NCBI GenBank assembly: GCA_002104905.1
Contig: MCFE01000345.1
Coordinates: forward strand, 1-64,000
DNA: 64,000 bases
Direction of reading: 5' to 3'
Source of the DNA: Basidiobolus meristosporus CBS 931.73
Lineage: Eukaryota > Fungi > Basidiobolomycota
Shown: positions 1-13,465 of the stretch, piece by piece
Layout of the letters: the number at the start of each line of letters is the position of its first letter
Position numbering within the stretch: position 1 is the first letter of the stretch
Translations under genes and position numbers: made by a program
Notes under the pieces: generated by a model
The model's input: only the letters and a program-made list of their open reading frames with translations
Told to the model about the DNA's origin: nothing
Databases searched by the model: none

Positions 1-1034
1 ATTATGCAGTAAAAGGTCATAGAAAGCAGTGTACAAACTTTGGGGACTTGGGAACGATCAGGAAAATTAGCATATTAATCGACAGGTATGTAAGACCATA
101 GGTAATACAATAGAGGACCAGCTTCGACCGGGTGAGCTAAACACAAGATGAGCAATTAGGTGCTGCGTTTGTCCTATCATCATTTGATTCTTGGCCGAAA
201 AAGGACAATCCAGCTGGGCAAATGTAAATGAGGAAACACCAAGCCCAGGAGTCTTCAGGACAGAGGGTTGAGCTTGCCCCGAACTTCCACATCTCGCGTT
301 TCTCAAATTGGGCTAGGGTTAGGGTTATGGTTAGGTTGAGTTATTTATAGGCTTCGATCCGAAATGTGATACACCGATTTTTGCCACCTAGATTGGTCCA
401 AGCAGGTCCCCAGCTTCTGCTAGTCACTAGGATCTCTAGTATCGGCGGCACACGTTACACGCTATGCTATTCATCAACACTAACCTAATGGTGAAAGAAG
501 GCTGAAGAGGCTTGGTCGGAGCTTCGTTAAAGAAGGATTCGGCCAACAATGATCCATCTGGGGTCCAGCAGTGACTCACAGGAAAATGCCACATGCCACA
601 CGCTTTGATGCAGACTGAACAATTTGTGGATGCATGGCGTTGGTGCAACCACACAAGTCTATGAATCCTCAATTTCGTGAGATTGATGCAAGCATTGCTC
701 TCCGCCACTTCATGACACCAAGGAACACTCCTGGCATTGATCCGCAGTGCGTGTTGATGAACCAGAGGTTGATAATCTAGTCGGCCAGGGCAGACCATCT
801 TCGAACCGAGCAACGTGTCGGCTGAGTGATGTGGGCTTGGGTGGGGCAGAGCGATCGTAGCCAGCAGGTTGTCGCAAACAAACTTTACTCAAAGACTCGG
901 ATATGGTGGGGGTTAAAGGGGTTACAGAAAAACAAGGAGCTCCCTCTGATTTCATCAAGAAAAGATTAGCTATACACGATAGAAAATTACACAAGGGAGG
1001 CACAGTAACTGGGGATTTCTATACTACTGGCGGT

Positions 1035-1859
1035 CTAACTAGGAGTGTTGGTTGCTTCTAGCAATGCTTTCCAATATACACTGTGGTCGTATTCAAAGTC
1101 GAACTTTCCACCAATGTGCTGCTCGACATAATCCATGTCTAGCTTCTCTCCCATTTGCTCTGCTTTCTTACGGTCAACAAAGTTGATTTTGTTTCTGGTG
1201 ACTGGATCGATGAACGGACTGACCAGTTTGAAGAAGCCCGAGAAATACCAGGGGGTATCGATCAAGTATGCAAGCCCGAGACGCTCAGGATAATGTGCAT
1301 GAAGAATGCTAAGTAACTCTGCGGCCTGAGAGAGCGGTGGGTTTTTCGCCATCGACGCACCTTTGTAATCGATTAGCAAGCAGAATTGTTCGGCACCGGG
1401 TGGCAGCAATTGGATGGCCTTCTCGATGGTGAAGATGGTGAATCTAAGCTGTCTCTCGTACGTTTTTGTGTTTTGTCTTCCTGGGCGAAGGTAGAGCAAT
1501 GCCCTTCCCGCCCTGTCGAACCCGTTAAAGTAGCTTTTCCCAGTTTTGCCTTCTTCCTCCACCTCCGAGGCTGGGATCTTATGAGGCTGATAGGTGTGAC
1601 GCCACTCAAGGGTGTTCGAGATCTTCTTCACCGCATCGGGGAGGACCCATTTGGTTGCGCGCAAGTAGCGTAGAAGACAGGCATCGGAAAGGAAAGCTTG
1701 ATCCTCCTCCGGCACGGGAGAGTTCGAGATCAGCTCGGGGATCTTCTCGCGAAACTCTTGAAGCAGCTTCTGCTGAGTATCGCTTAACGCGGCAGGCTCG
1801 GCGACATGTGTCGTTGGTGGGGGATTGAATATGGGAACGTTGAGTGAGGCGGCAGCCAT
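1035..1859 (-). CDS. CRAL-TRIO (Sec14-like) phosphatidylinositol/lipid transfer protein, Pdr16/Sfh3-like; single exon
   Basis: 274-aa ORF with the CRAL-TRIO N-terminal motif FLSDACLLRYLRATKW and the lipid-binding domain motifs GFDRAGRALLYLRPGRQN and HYPERLGLAYLIDTPWYF...FIDPVTRNKINF. Confidence 0.92.
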   Translation of the reverse strand: MAAASLNVPIFNPPPTTHVAEPAALSDTQQKLLQEFREKIPELISNSPVPEEDQAFLSDACLLRYLRATKWVLPDAVKKISNTLEWRHTYQPHKIPASEVEEEGKTGKSYFNGFDRAGRALLYLRPGRQNTKTYERQLRFTIFTIEKAIQLLPPGAEQFCLLIDYKGASMAKNPPLSQAAELLSILHAHYPERLGLAYLIDTPWYFSGFFKLVSPFIDPVTRNKINFVDRKKAEQMGEKLDMDYVEQHIGGKFDFEYDHSVYWKALLEATNTPS

Positions 1860-2413
1860 GTTCGTCTGTCTATAAGCAAGTTGGCAAAAGGAGCTGAAGA
1901 ATACTACGAAAAAGGCTCAGTCGCCGAAAAAAAACCACCGAGCGTTGGCCCACTTCGCGGTATTTATTTGTTTGGTTTCCATCTGTTCCCCATGGTTTGA
2001 GAAGGATCACCGGATAATTGTTGCGGATTTCCAATTATGAGAACATAATTGATGAAACAATCCAACCCACCAGCCCGACACATGCGTACTGCATTGTTGA
2101 AGATCCATTTGCCTCTTCCTAGGAGGATTCACGGCCTGTGGAGTACCAATTTTTAGTCATGTTTACGCCGTATCCCATATCCGGCAACCTAGCCCGAATC
2201 GGTTCGGAGCTTCTCCTTCTCACGGAGTTATTCCAACCGACAGAGCTTGATGGATATACTTGGTAGACATTGGTTACAGCTTCCTGGTACAAGGCTACGG
2301 AATGTTTTCATGATACTTCTCAATATGGCAATGATGTTATGGATGTTTAATGTGGGATATATGTGCTGGAATGGTATGATGGAATAGATTGAGATGGTGG
2401 TTTATTCTACGCT

Positions 2414-3295
2414 CTACATTTGGCCGCGGAAGAGCTCAGGTATGACCTCCCGGTTCTGCACCGACTTGACCAGGATCTCCTGCGCATGCTCTGGACGAAC
2501 CCTGGCATACCAGATTCCAGCTGGGAAGGAGGTTAGTGTCGGTTAGCAATGGACATGGTTGCTTATTAACTTACCTGGGTAGACTATTACATTCGCCGCA
2601 AATTTGTGCCCTCCGATGTGGCTCACCAAATTCACCTCTACCTGGTCGTCCAGGCCCAGGGTTTTTTTGGCTCTTTCAAAGGCCTCCTTGAGAATGGGTG
2701 CGACGATGCCACACCTGGAATCCCGCTCGCCATGTCCACAGATTAGAATCTGCTGCTTCTTCAGGGGCTCCACTTTTATGCCGACTGAATCGAAGTCGAC
2801 CGGCTCTTTGAGCAACACGTGGTTGACCAAGCTCGAGATGTTGTTTTCGGTAACATTGGAGCACAGCCAATTGTTCGGGTACACAACGAGCTCAGTTGTG
2901 TCGAGTGCATCGTGGGCGGACTTTTCGGTCTTGGGTCGGTCAGTGTTGCTGTTGATCACCCTCGGTATCGTGGGTTGTTTCTTCCTGGCTTGGAGGGTGC
3001 TTTTCGACAACAAGGAGGTTAAAGTGTTGGGGGTGAACTCCACTTTAGCAGGCCAATCTGAATGACCGGTGGAGGCTAGGAAGTGTGCAGAATATGGGGA
3101 CATGCTTGGTAGGGGGGACTCAGTATCGATCTCCAGTCCAGATGGATACTCCAAACACTGGCAGGAGCATTTCTCCTTTGGCTGGTCGCTCTTTTCCTCA
3201 TAGAAATCGTTGAGGAAACTCAGGCCCCTTCGAGCCGGATTCCCGCGAAGGAAATCGGCATTTTTTAACGCGGAAAGTCTCAGAGTTCTAAGCAT
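2414..3295 (-). CDS. Sucrase/ferredoxin-like thioredoxin-fold 2Fe-2S protein (Apd1/Aim32 family); 2 exons
   Basis: Motifs LICGHGERDSRCG and SHIGGHKFAANVIVYP (2Cys-2His ligands). Intron 2574-2521 (GTAAGT...CTAAC...CAG); exon 2 gives AGIWYARVRPEHAQEILVKSVQNREVIPELFRGQM with the stop at 2414. Confidence 0.9.
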
Positions 3296-4489
3296 GATGC
3301 GACCCCACCCACCTTAAGGCGTATTATTTATCCTCACAGATGCATTCACATCCAAATTTTGTTGATGAATGGTCACTACAAATCAAAGGGATTGATGAAT
3401 AATCCAGCTGAGCCAATGAGCTCCCTGGGCACATCGACTTATGGTTGCATTGCCAAAAAGGGTGATGGACAACTGTCAAGGGATTCCCATTTGAAACACA
3501 TGTTAGCTTGGGATGCGACCTCATTTGCGATTGCGGTGCATGTATGGTAATCATTTACACGTAATAAAAATTTGCTGCCCGTCTCTATCCATGGCCTATA
3601 TGCCGTCACAGGCAATTTAGTGTGTCCAACCAGTTTGCTCATCGCAGGCCCAATTGCGGTTGCCACGAGCTTCCTGAAGTAGAATATCATCTCAAGCTGC
3701 CCGGGATTACTTGGTCCGAAGTACCTGTTCAGTAATGGTTTTACCATTCGCCTTTAGTACGGAAGAACCAGTACTGGTGCATGCCTTCGGCCACGTTCAT
3801 GAATTGATTGTGACCAAATACGCGGCGGGGAGGGGTTTGTATATATTCCATGCCCCCTGTTTGTGAATGCAAGGGGGCCTATTCTTTGTGGCCTTAATTT
3901 AACTCGAGGCCGGCGCGTGTTCATATGGGTTCTCCTGGATGCATTCCGGTAGATAATGGATTGCATACCGGATCTCATCTTGGCACCGTCCTTGCCTTAC
4001 GCGGTGTCCGAACCACCTGGCATTCTGATTGACTTGTGTGCGCGGACGGGTGAGCAGGAAGTCATTTTCCCTCTACTGTCCATGTGCCTGAGAGAAAACA
4101 ATCCGCCCATTTAGAATCTTGAGTTTCCGCGCAGTCACTTGGCTCTTCGGATCTCATAATCGGGGTGATTTGGCAAGTCATAGGCACATCTTCCAACACA
4201 TATACCTCCCATATTATTGGGTTTGGTTGGGTGTCCTGGATTATTGGTTGCGTGGAGATCACCAAAATGAATTGCGATCAGTGTCACTGATGTTGGGTAG
4301 TATGTGGCACATACTGTCGCCCTGAAAATTCATGGATGCTGATTTTGATGTGAAGACGCTTTGGAGCCTTGGAGAAGTTCCTCACAAATCCCGTGCCTTG
4401 TTATTCCAATTGGGCAAGTGAACGTCCAATATATACTTGTAGGTGTTTTGTGGCATTAGTATTAGGGGGAGTATGTTCTGAATGTAAAT

Positions 4490-4600
4490 CTACCTTGTAA
4501 ATTAAAAGTGCCACTTGTACATTCAGTAGATCATTAAGTGAAAACCTGTAATCTGCTTGCTGTCCTATTCATATCCAATATCTCTAGGGATCTCACAGCA
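4490..4600 (+). mobile_element. Highly decayed 3' fragment of a Copia LTR (same family as 39327-39675)
   Basis: TACATTCAGTAGATCATTAAGTGAAAACC...TCCAATATCTCTAGGGATCTCACAGCA aligns by eye to the LTR end TACATTCAATAAATCATTAAGTGAAAACC...TCCAATATCTCCAAGACTCATACAACA. Confidence 0.6.
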
Positions 4601-4695
4601 TTGAGTACTTGCTTAAAAGTAAGCAAATTTAGAAGCTTCCTATAAATTCCTAAAAGATGGCAAAGAATTGTGTAGAGAAAGTCCAGGGCAGCCAC

Positions 4696-5067
4696 AAGTG
4701 TATGAAGTGCAATTACCACGTATGGGCTCGTTGGATCAAAGTTCTGAGCACATACCTATGTTACCTGGATCATTGTCTACAAATCTTAGAGAATTCTGCC
4801 CAAATTCCTTGTTGGGATTACTTAGAATGTTTTCATTAGAATTAGTGAAGGTCTGGGAGTTATCATTATTTTCAAGCTCGTTCAAAAGCCCCCAAACTTT
4901 GCACACAGCTTCCTGGGATCTTTCTTGAAGCATTGTTATCCTTAGTCTTACTAAGTTCTCCTAAAAGTACAAATACTTTATATGAACTCAATAAAACAAC
5001 AAGTGAATATCATGCAACTCTCCTAGTTCTCCAAATCACTTCCAATGCTCCTCAGAATCTTGAAACA
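4696..5067 (+). mobile_element. Old, degenerate solo Copia LTR (same family); boundaries approximate
   Basis: Shares GAGAATTCTGCCCAAATTCCTTGTTGGGATTACTTAGAAT, CCCCAAACTTTGCACACA, AAAAGTACAAATACT and CCAAATCACTTCCAAT with the LTR consensus in collinear order; ends GAAACA; locally CpG-poor. Confidence 0.7.
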
Positions 5068-7210
5068 GGGTCTAACAGTGAAGGCTCATTGAGGTTTTCA
5101 TTGCCACAGATTTGAGGAAACATTGTGGCAAAGAAAAGTTTTAAGCTATGCCGGAGATCCCACTTCAAGAGCTTTACTAGCGTCCGACAGACTAGATCAC
5201 AAGTTGACTATCAATACTTCAGTAAATAGTTGAATGATCTCAACAGTATGGATATTTGGGGTGATTTCTCAAAATCAAACAATATCCGAAATATACAAAT
5301 TTAGGAATGGTTCCTAGATTACTCAGCCATTACTTGCCCTCACATCCGTTTGGTCTAGATATCGTCAAAGGCATGCATACATGTGTAAATATACGCCTAC
5401 CAACTTCAGCTATCATTTATAGGGAATATAAAATTCACAGATATTATTGCCAATTTAGGGGATCTCCAGGCATTATATATTTCCCAGCTGAAGATATTCT
5501 TCGCACAAGGTACATGTGGCCAGGCATCATGTTTGACGCTTGCAATAGTCAAATGCATGCCGGAGGGAAACAGCAAAGCCAAGGCAAGGTCAGCATGTGA
5601 TAAAACGCCAAACACAGCTCAGCATTGCCTAAATACCACATGATGGCCGGTTAACACAAGTGTTCAACACATTAGGCTAGATCCTGACAATCCATTGTAC
5701 TCGCTCGGGTAGCGTTATTGGGCTTGCTGTAGGATGTATTTCGGTAGAGATCTATCCGGTAGGTTATCAGAAGCGGGATTGATGAATCGATAACACTGCA
5801 TGAAAGCAGTTGATAATCGGGATCTTTTTTGCGTTGAGATAGAGTATCCAGAAGAAGAATGATCCTTATGAAACTGTGTATCATATTTTTTACCATGGTT
5901 TCAAAGCTATGGATGCGAGGGAAAGGAATCGAAAATAATGCCACACAGGCTCATTGCCACTTGGTGGAGCCCACTGACTCAACCCTCCAACGACAACCCA
6001 GAACAGGTTAATCCTTGGAATATGGAAACTTCCAATCCAGCCGCCAAGTTCTCACACCTAACACTACATTCAGCTGGTACACTCCCAGACTTGGCTCGTT
6101 ATATGAAAAAGCGCAATAGCATCTCGTCCAGAGCCTGCTTTGGTACCATGCTAGCCATTAGTTTCAATTACCAAGCCCTTTGCAGCAGATCGGTCAGCGT
6201 CGAAGGATTAATCATCATCAGGGTGGAGAATCGGGCTCGTGATTGGTCCACCCTACAGCTGTGTGGTAATGGACGTTGTTGGCCACTTCCACTTTCGATT
6301 GATTACTCCGTATTCCTGAAGGTCCATTGGCCCGGAGGAGTTGACATACAGTCACACCGTGATCCACAAATGCCCAGGCACCATGATATATGCCAGGGCA
6401 AAGACCAAAACGGTGTATTATGAGCAACATGTGAACTTGTATGGATGAGATGGTGCCCATTTACGGCGATGAGTGTTACAACCTGATAATTACAAACCCA
6501 CAAATTGTACGGCCCAGCATTGGAGTCCTCGAAATGTGTTTCTATTTGCTGACAATGTGATATCCGTCTATTGTACGGCATTTAGGCGTCGATGGCTATT
6601 GAAGGCTTGTGCAGAGGCTCAAGCATGTTCCTGGGATAACCACTAAGCGTCACCATTCCGACCAAACCTTTACACCTCCTCTTCGTTATACAAAGTTTGC
6701 CGGCCAGGCCCCTTAAACCAAACAAACTTGGGCAAGTCGCCCATTTGGCAGATGGTCTACCCAGCATTATCCCGAACCCAATTGCTGCAATTATGAATGT
6801 CACATCACAATGAATTGAGTGTTTGTGTAAGTGTTCGATTGACCCCGGTTACGTGGTAAGCGGATATACAGCACCCTGGCTCCGAATATTATAAAAAGGG
6901 CGATCTGCGTGGAACGCTGGTGACATCCCCCGGTCCTTTTTGATTGAAAATTGCTCTTAATCTTCTTGAAAAACCATCAATCTGTACTATCAACACCTCG
7001 GCTCCGTATAACCATACAAGAGAACGAGGCCTTGCTCCTGCTTCCTCTTGCTAACCCACTTGTACATTATATAATATTTCTGACATATCGCTCAACACCT
7101 AATGTACTCATACAAATACCTGCGTTTTGGTACGATAGGGTTTATTTTCATACAGCACTCGACTGATTGCAAATCAGAATCTTCCATAATGTCAACCCTC
7201 ACCTTAACAT

Positions 7211-8377
7211 TTGTTTATCTTTTCCAAAGGTCATGACTCCACCCGGATTGAACTTCCACCTATGGGAGAGTTGGGAAGCAGGTCTCCCAATAGACCATCG
7301 TACGAGGAGCTGCTCCCACCGATAAACAATCATCCAGACCCTGCTAAAGAAGCTCGCCAGCTACCTTCTTTGCCATCATTAACAGACTATCTGACAAGGA
7401 AGCCGGGGTTTGCCGAGCAGCATTCTGTGGAGCCAGAACTTGCGTTGCCTAAACTGACTTCCTTTGGTGAACTCTATCGTAGCCTGGATCCTGATGAAGA
7501 GCGCCTACACTCTTCATCCCAGCTGAATGAGAGTTTTCGATTACCACCGATAGCCTCGAGACACTTACATTCTGAACTGCCTGACCCACCCCAACTTCCA
7601 GGATTCGGCAGCCCCTTGGTGAATCATTCAGGCCGCAAACACGGAGAATATTTGTGCTCCATCGTGAGTCCTGCAAGCGGCGCCTTGAAAAAGGGTGCGC
7701 TGGAGCACCCTGACGAAACGAAAGGAATGGAAAGACTAGCGCAAAGGTTGGCGGATCAACGCCTCTCCGGAGGAAATTCGCTTCATACTGGCCCGAACAC
7801 ATCATTTACTACTGAGATAAGCATCATTGAGGCCACCGAGCCTGAGGAGCTGCTTTCGCGAAAGCGTTCCTGGGATCAAGACCAACGGCAGTCCTCTGCA
7901 AGTACCTTGCCTCAATGGTCAAGGGAACGCCGCCACTCGATTGCTATCATGTCCTCCCCTTCATCGCCAGTCCCTACCTCCTCGTTGCAGAAGAAAGCGA
8001 ATACAAACACCACAAACACTGCTCCAAACCAAACTGTCCAGCCATTAACCCTGCTCAGTCCGAGCTCGACTCATTTTCCCGATTCACTGGCCGGCATCCA
8101 GGTGCTACCACTCGCCACGGAAGCGAGGAAAATTCCCCCCAGCTTATGTGCGACTGCAGCTAAAAACCATGCCTGTAGCGTAACCGGGTGTAATATGAGG
8201 TTTAAGCGATTGGAGCATCTGAAGCGGCATCTACGTGTTCACACAATGGAGCGGCCATACGCCTGCACGTATACCGGTTGCCGCAAGACCTTCTCACGAC
8301 GAGATAACCTAGGCCAGCATTTACGAACGCATCAGCGGCAAGAAGCCAAGGCGCATTTTAGACAGAGCTCCATGTAA
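7211..8377 (+). CDS. C2H2 zinc-finger transcription factor with two C-terminal fingers; true start uncertain (first in-frame ATG at 7262, or an upstream exon)
   Basis: [55 protein letters not shown]; long P/S-rich N-terminus. Confidence 0.9.
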   Translation: MFIFSKGHDSTRIELPPMGELGSRSPNRPSYEELLPPINNHPDPAKEARQLPSLPSLTDYLTRKPGFAEQHSVEPELALPKLTSFGELYRSLDPDEERLHSSSQLNESFRLPPIASRHLHSELPDPPQLPGFGSPLVNHSGRKHGEYLCSIVSPASGALKKGALEHPDETKGMERLAQRLADQRLSGGNSLHTGPNTSFTTEISIIEATEPEELLSRKRSWDQDQRQSSASTLPQWSRERRHSIAIMSSPSSPVPTSSLQKKANTNTTNTAPNQTVQPLTLLSPSSTHFPDSLAGIQVLPLATEARKIPPSLCATAAKNHACSVTGCNMRFKRLEHLKRHLRVHTMERPYACTYTGCRKTFSRRDNLGQHLRTHQRQEAKAHFRQSSM

Positions 8378-11300
8378 TTCTCTAATGATTTTGCTGAAAT
8401 ACAGTGTGTAGAATTGTTATGAGGAATCCTTCACAACGCTGGTCGTATTCACCCCAGATTCCCGTACCCTCTCAATAATAAATCTCCGTCTGCCTACTCT
8501 TCTCTAACTTTCAATGGTAAATGATGTTCTTGCGTAGTAAACGGGGAGCCATGACCCGGTTACCGTGAGGGATTGTGCTATCCATGGTGATTGGTAAGAA
8601 TCGTCCTAATCGGGCAGCCAGCGACATGCGATTTCATCACGAGGAGGGATCTGGTTCATGGGTGTAACTATCCTTTGGGATACAACGAAGGTAGCACGGA
8701 GGCCGTGGATGTTGTATGCACCAACACCATTCCAGAGCCTGGAGAATGAGCCAAACTAGTTTCATACCAACTTGATCATCCTCTTGGGCCACTACCCTAT
8801 CAGTGGTTCATTGGATCCAGGATAAATGCAGTCCGAACCCGTACTTAAACTGCTTTCCACGCGATTCAGACCTCCTCACGAGTCTTACAACTCCTATTCT
8901 CAGCCAGAATTGCAATGGATGGGGCATTATCCGACATCTCCACAGTGGATAATCGTGGGTGAACTGTGGAAATCATCATCCATCAGATCGTCTAGATTCA
9001 TCGCAGGTTTCAAGCCCGATGCTACTCATTAGTTCCGTACTCTTGGCGTGTCTGGCATTTGTTCCAGATGGAGCCAACCCACTGTCAGTTTTTTTCGGTT
9101 TTTGAATCCATATTGCAATGTAACCGTTTGCAGATGGGGTGTAAGGGAGCCAGAGATTAAGGCTGTTCTTGACTTCTACAATGATTCCGGAACTGAGTGT
9201 TCGCCATTTGTCTGTGTAGCGCCCCATGATAAGTGTGAATGTGATGTGATTGTCAGTAGTGTTAGTTGTAAAGTAATTCTTGGGCCATGTAGGATGGGTA
9301 GCCAATAGAACACACCCTACCTCTACTTGAATACTGTCATCAGAAATGCTACAATAAACCACTGCCCTAGCATTCTGAGCACTTGCTAGATACCCTTCTA
9401 AACCCAAGAGCCTCATCTTGCAAAATGGTATGCATGTACTCCAAGCAAAGTAGGTTTCTCTGGAAGGGTTTGTATTGGAGAGGGTTTTTTCTATATTTCT
9501 AGGCACAATAGAGTAAGGGGGATGGGTATTTTTGATTTCCACCCTTCTTGTAGCAAAAATGAATCCTCTACTCTTGAAGAATGACCAGGTTACGTTTCAT
9601 CAACTTGAAGGAATTTAAGAATAGTATGTTGAGAGCTTACAAAATACTCCTCAAAGTAGTGCATAGCCACGGCAATAGCTGGGATGATCAAATGTGTAAT
9701 GCAACGCTGCTCCAGCGGACTTGAAAAAGCGGTTGATTTTACAATCATGAACATCAGGCTGCCTCACAACCATCAAGGATGGCCTTGCATTTAGCCCTCC
9801 CTTCAGCTCAGAGTGAGATCTGCATCCCCAGAGGCACATCATTATCGGCCAATCAATCTTGGAGCCAGAGGACCCATCAGCAGGAAGATTGGACAGGTTT
9901 CACATTCGCACCTGTACTTCAATTTCAACTTGGTTGACGAATAGCAGGTTAGACATGACTACGTAGGTGTGATTGTGATGGCATGAACTGTTGAGCCAAA
10001 ATAATGAATAGCCATTTGAAACCAGCTTCATCAACGCAAATGCGGAAAGGAGGCTAAATGGGAGAGGGCATTTGTCAAGAAACATCAGAAATACCCGCAT
10101 TCACTAGGACGCCGTTTCAAGAAAGACTGCTCAGTTGTCAGCGTCCCCAAATCACCGAATGTTTGTACACACCATCAATCGGGTGATCTTGATGCTGGCC
10201 CGATACGGGAGGTGATTTCTTCATTGAACCACGTAACTCTGGATGTATTAGAATGTAAGGTCGATTGGTGTAACCAGGGGTTATGGACTGTTGATGGCAT
10301 TGGATCACACAACGAGAGCTGAGTTGGAAGTAGGACACCAAGACTGAACCTTCGATTTGGAAATCATGAGCGCATCACGTGAAGAGGTGCTCCAGACATT
10401 CCCAATGGGTACGAGCAGTCCAACGAGCTCTCCACATTAGGCTAAAGTCATGGACCTAATCATTATTTATGGGGAACGATGACTCGACACAGTTGATGAG
10501 CGGCTAGGCTTGAGTGGGCTAGCGAGCTCAACGCATGCAGTGAATAAGATTTGAAACATGTCAATGTTTTAGTCAAGGTCAAAGAGATGCAGATACGTAT
10601 GAAGGGGAAACATTGGTTTTGGCGTTTACAGGGGCGGAGAGGATCCATCGCACTCCTTTAGACCGAGTTCGCTGCATGGACGGAGGGAAGAGCGAGTACA
10701 TCCCTCTCCTCAAAAGGGTAGTTTATGACGACTGACGTATTACCAGTTCAGTCTGTGCAACCGAAAGCGCCTGAGAACACCCCTATCATCCAAAGGCGAG
10801 ATCCAGTGGATACCATTTTGAGGCGGCAAACGAGTGGATGAATAGGAGGGTTTCTTAGATCGAGCGCGCTATCTACGGGACATCTACACCTTCTGCAATG
10901 CATTCTGGCCTGCACTCCCTGACTCAACCGGATCACCAGATATGCACTCTGGTCAGACATGCATTTGGGTTATGGGCCGTCCCAGGAAATCAGATTGTGG
11001 TAATCCATGCTGGCACCGGCTATCCTGTGTACCATGATTAGAGCACCCATCATTATCGCTCCGATCAACAGTAGCACAACTGTATTCTCATAGCAGATGA
11101 TTTGAAGATCCCAATCGGCTCGCGAGCTGGGATGCTATACAGCCCCTCACAGAGGCCAGTTGGTTGCTGGTTTCGGAAGGTGTACAGTCTGGTTCTGAGC
11201 ACTCAAATCGTTGGGCTGTCTCAACGGCTGGATTTCTCAGCCACTCACCGACCGCTTTGACGCCGCGCTGAGCGCTAGATGGTGGGAACTCCCCACGTAA

Positions 11301-11749
11301 AAATAGCAGACCAATGTTGATCCAAAGGGATGATTTATCTACAAATATACTGATCCGAAAAGGAGGGAGGGTTAACCAAAATACTTGACTGGGAAGGGAG
11401 GAGCATACTGGAGTCGCTGCAACGGTAAGATTGGGTACCACCCGCTTCCTAGCATGGTGTGCATCGAGCATACTTTTGCAGGCGGATGGTTGTGATCGAA
11501 TGCCTCAATGCCCAACCTCGTCTGCGTCAGCAGGTCGCAGATCACAGAACACAGGTCTTAGTGGCTGGGTGGATACGAATGGTGAAGTGAGATGGGAACT
11601 GATTTCTTTATGTATCATTGCATGGCTTCAACCTGAAAAGGAATGGAGTAGAATGTTCAAGTAAATGTGGATGGAAGCTGGTTTAGAAGTTTTGTCAGAG
11701 AATCAGAATGAAGAATGGCGATTGTATGTATTGTCCATTGGGGCGGCTA

Positions 11750-13465
11750 TCAGCCAAGACAGAAGCAGCAATCATTGCGAGGTACTTTGTCCGCGGTGAT
11801 CAGCTCAAACACAGTCTCTACGTTATCGTAGCGATCATCAAACTCAGTAAATTGATAAACCCCTTCTAAGGAACTATCTTCACTGGAGTTCCTTACGCGA
11901 ACCTTTGGTCGACAAACCGGTTGTCTATCAGTAGGCGTGAACTGAACGTATTCGCTTCTATGTAGGTGGAACCATGGCGAGTACCGCTGGCTGGGGCTTC
12001 GGTGATATTCCACCACTTCACGATCGGCATCCCCAGGTTCGGAATTGTTGACCGTCGTTTGTTCGACACTGGATGTCTCTTCTTCGGCCGGATTGGTGGG
12101 TTTTGAACTGGCTTTACAAATCTGCCCCACGGACGGGGTTGTGCTGCTGTATTCAGTATCCGTGGCGATTGAGGACAATGACGTGTACGAGTCACTTTTA
12201 CTCAGGGCGGAATAATTCGAACAGCCGCGGCTGTTTTGTCCGCTGACTGATATCAGTATCTCCTGGGCGGCCCTGCTTGGTGACAGAGACGGGGCGTTTG
12301 TAGGCTTCAGTGGTGATTTCGAGGCAGAAATGGTGACTTCATCGAACTCTTCCCAGGTTTCTTCGTGGATTTTGGTTTCTGGATAGCCCATATCGGAGGT
12401 GGTATATTCAATATGGTCAATCTCGATACACACATCATCTTCCAGGTACTTGGTAGTAACGTTGCTATTGACAGAATGATACTGAGGAACTTGATCGGTC
12501 AAATCGTCGGAATCATCTTGCTCCTCCTGGATAAAGCTGTGTGCTAGCTGCACCATCATGATCAGTTTTTGGAGTGAGCATCGTCGGTTAGGGTTGACTT
12601 CTAGGATCTGATACAAAATATTGGCGCCCTCTTGGGACAAGGGGAACATTTCTGCGAGTATGGTGCGGTCTTTAAAGTAAGCGGCGAACGTAGCATCTAA
12701 CAACGTTGCTTGTTTCCATGGGTTCCTTCCAAAACACAGGTTGATTAGAATGATTCCAAGCGCCCATACATCGCTTGCTGCTGGAGCGTAGTTCGTGCAA
12801 GAATGCGACTTGGAGCGAGGGGAGAGCTGTGATTCTATACCATGAAAGATGGATTAGACGGTTTCAGAAGAAATCGATCGACATCTCACTTTACCTGGGC
12901 TCATATAGAAGCTACTTCCACACCCAAACTCACAAGAGAACTCCTCTGTTGTAGCCAACCCAAAATCAGCTAGCTTCACGAGACCATCATTAGATATGAG
13001 GATATTCTCTGGCTTTATATCACGGTGGTAAACGCCCTGAGAATGGCAGTATTCCACTGCACGAAGAATGTGGAGAAAAGCCTGTTTGATCAGGGCATTT
13101 CGCTTAGGGCCTGAACCCCCAAATCCCAGACATCTACTCGAGGTGATTGCCTCATAGAGATCGCCTCCCTCGCAATACTCCATACCAATATAGACATATT
13201 CTTTCGTACTAAGCACGAACTCCAAGCTGGTGATATTGGGATGGTGACCCAAGGAGGTGTGAATATCTATTTCCTGCTGTTGGATGGTAGCTTGACGAGA
13301 TCCATGGGGGTGCTTCGGTAGACATTTGACGGCGTACAGCAAGTGCGGAGGGGAGCATCTGCGGCCAAGATATATGGATCCGTATGTGCCATGGCCAATG
13401 ATATCGACTAGCTGGTACTTGGTGGTGCCGTCCTGAAGGATGGTTCCAACTTGATTGGAAATCAT
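11750..13465 (-). CDS. Ser/Thr protein kinase, Ran1/Pat1-Sks1/Vhs1 family; 2 exons
   Basis: [57 protein letters not shown]. Intron 12894-12835 (GTAAAG...TAG) joins the two listed ORFs in frame. Confidence 0.92.

Noticed and set aside
311-336. Telomere-like GGCTAGGGTTAGGGTTATGGTTAGG, with a similar reverse motif at ~19703-19725
   Set aside because: Only 2-3 imperfect units, too short to call an interstitial telomere or an element end.
3324-4330. Short minus-strand ORFs of 36-102 aa upstream of the Apd1-like gene
   Set aside because: No recognisable domain and no consistent splice model.
5307-5615. Frames with faint integrase-like (RYMWPG) or hAT-like (WPHVPCA) words
   Set aside because: Single short motifs with no supporting context.
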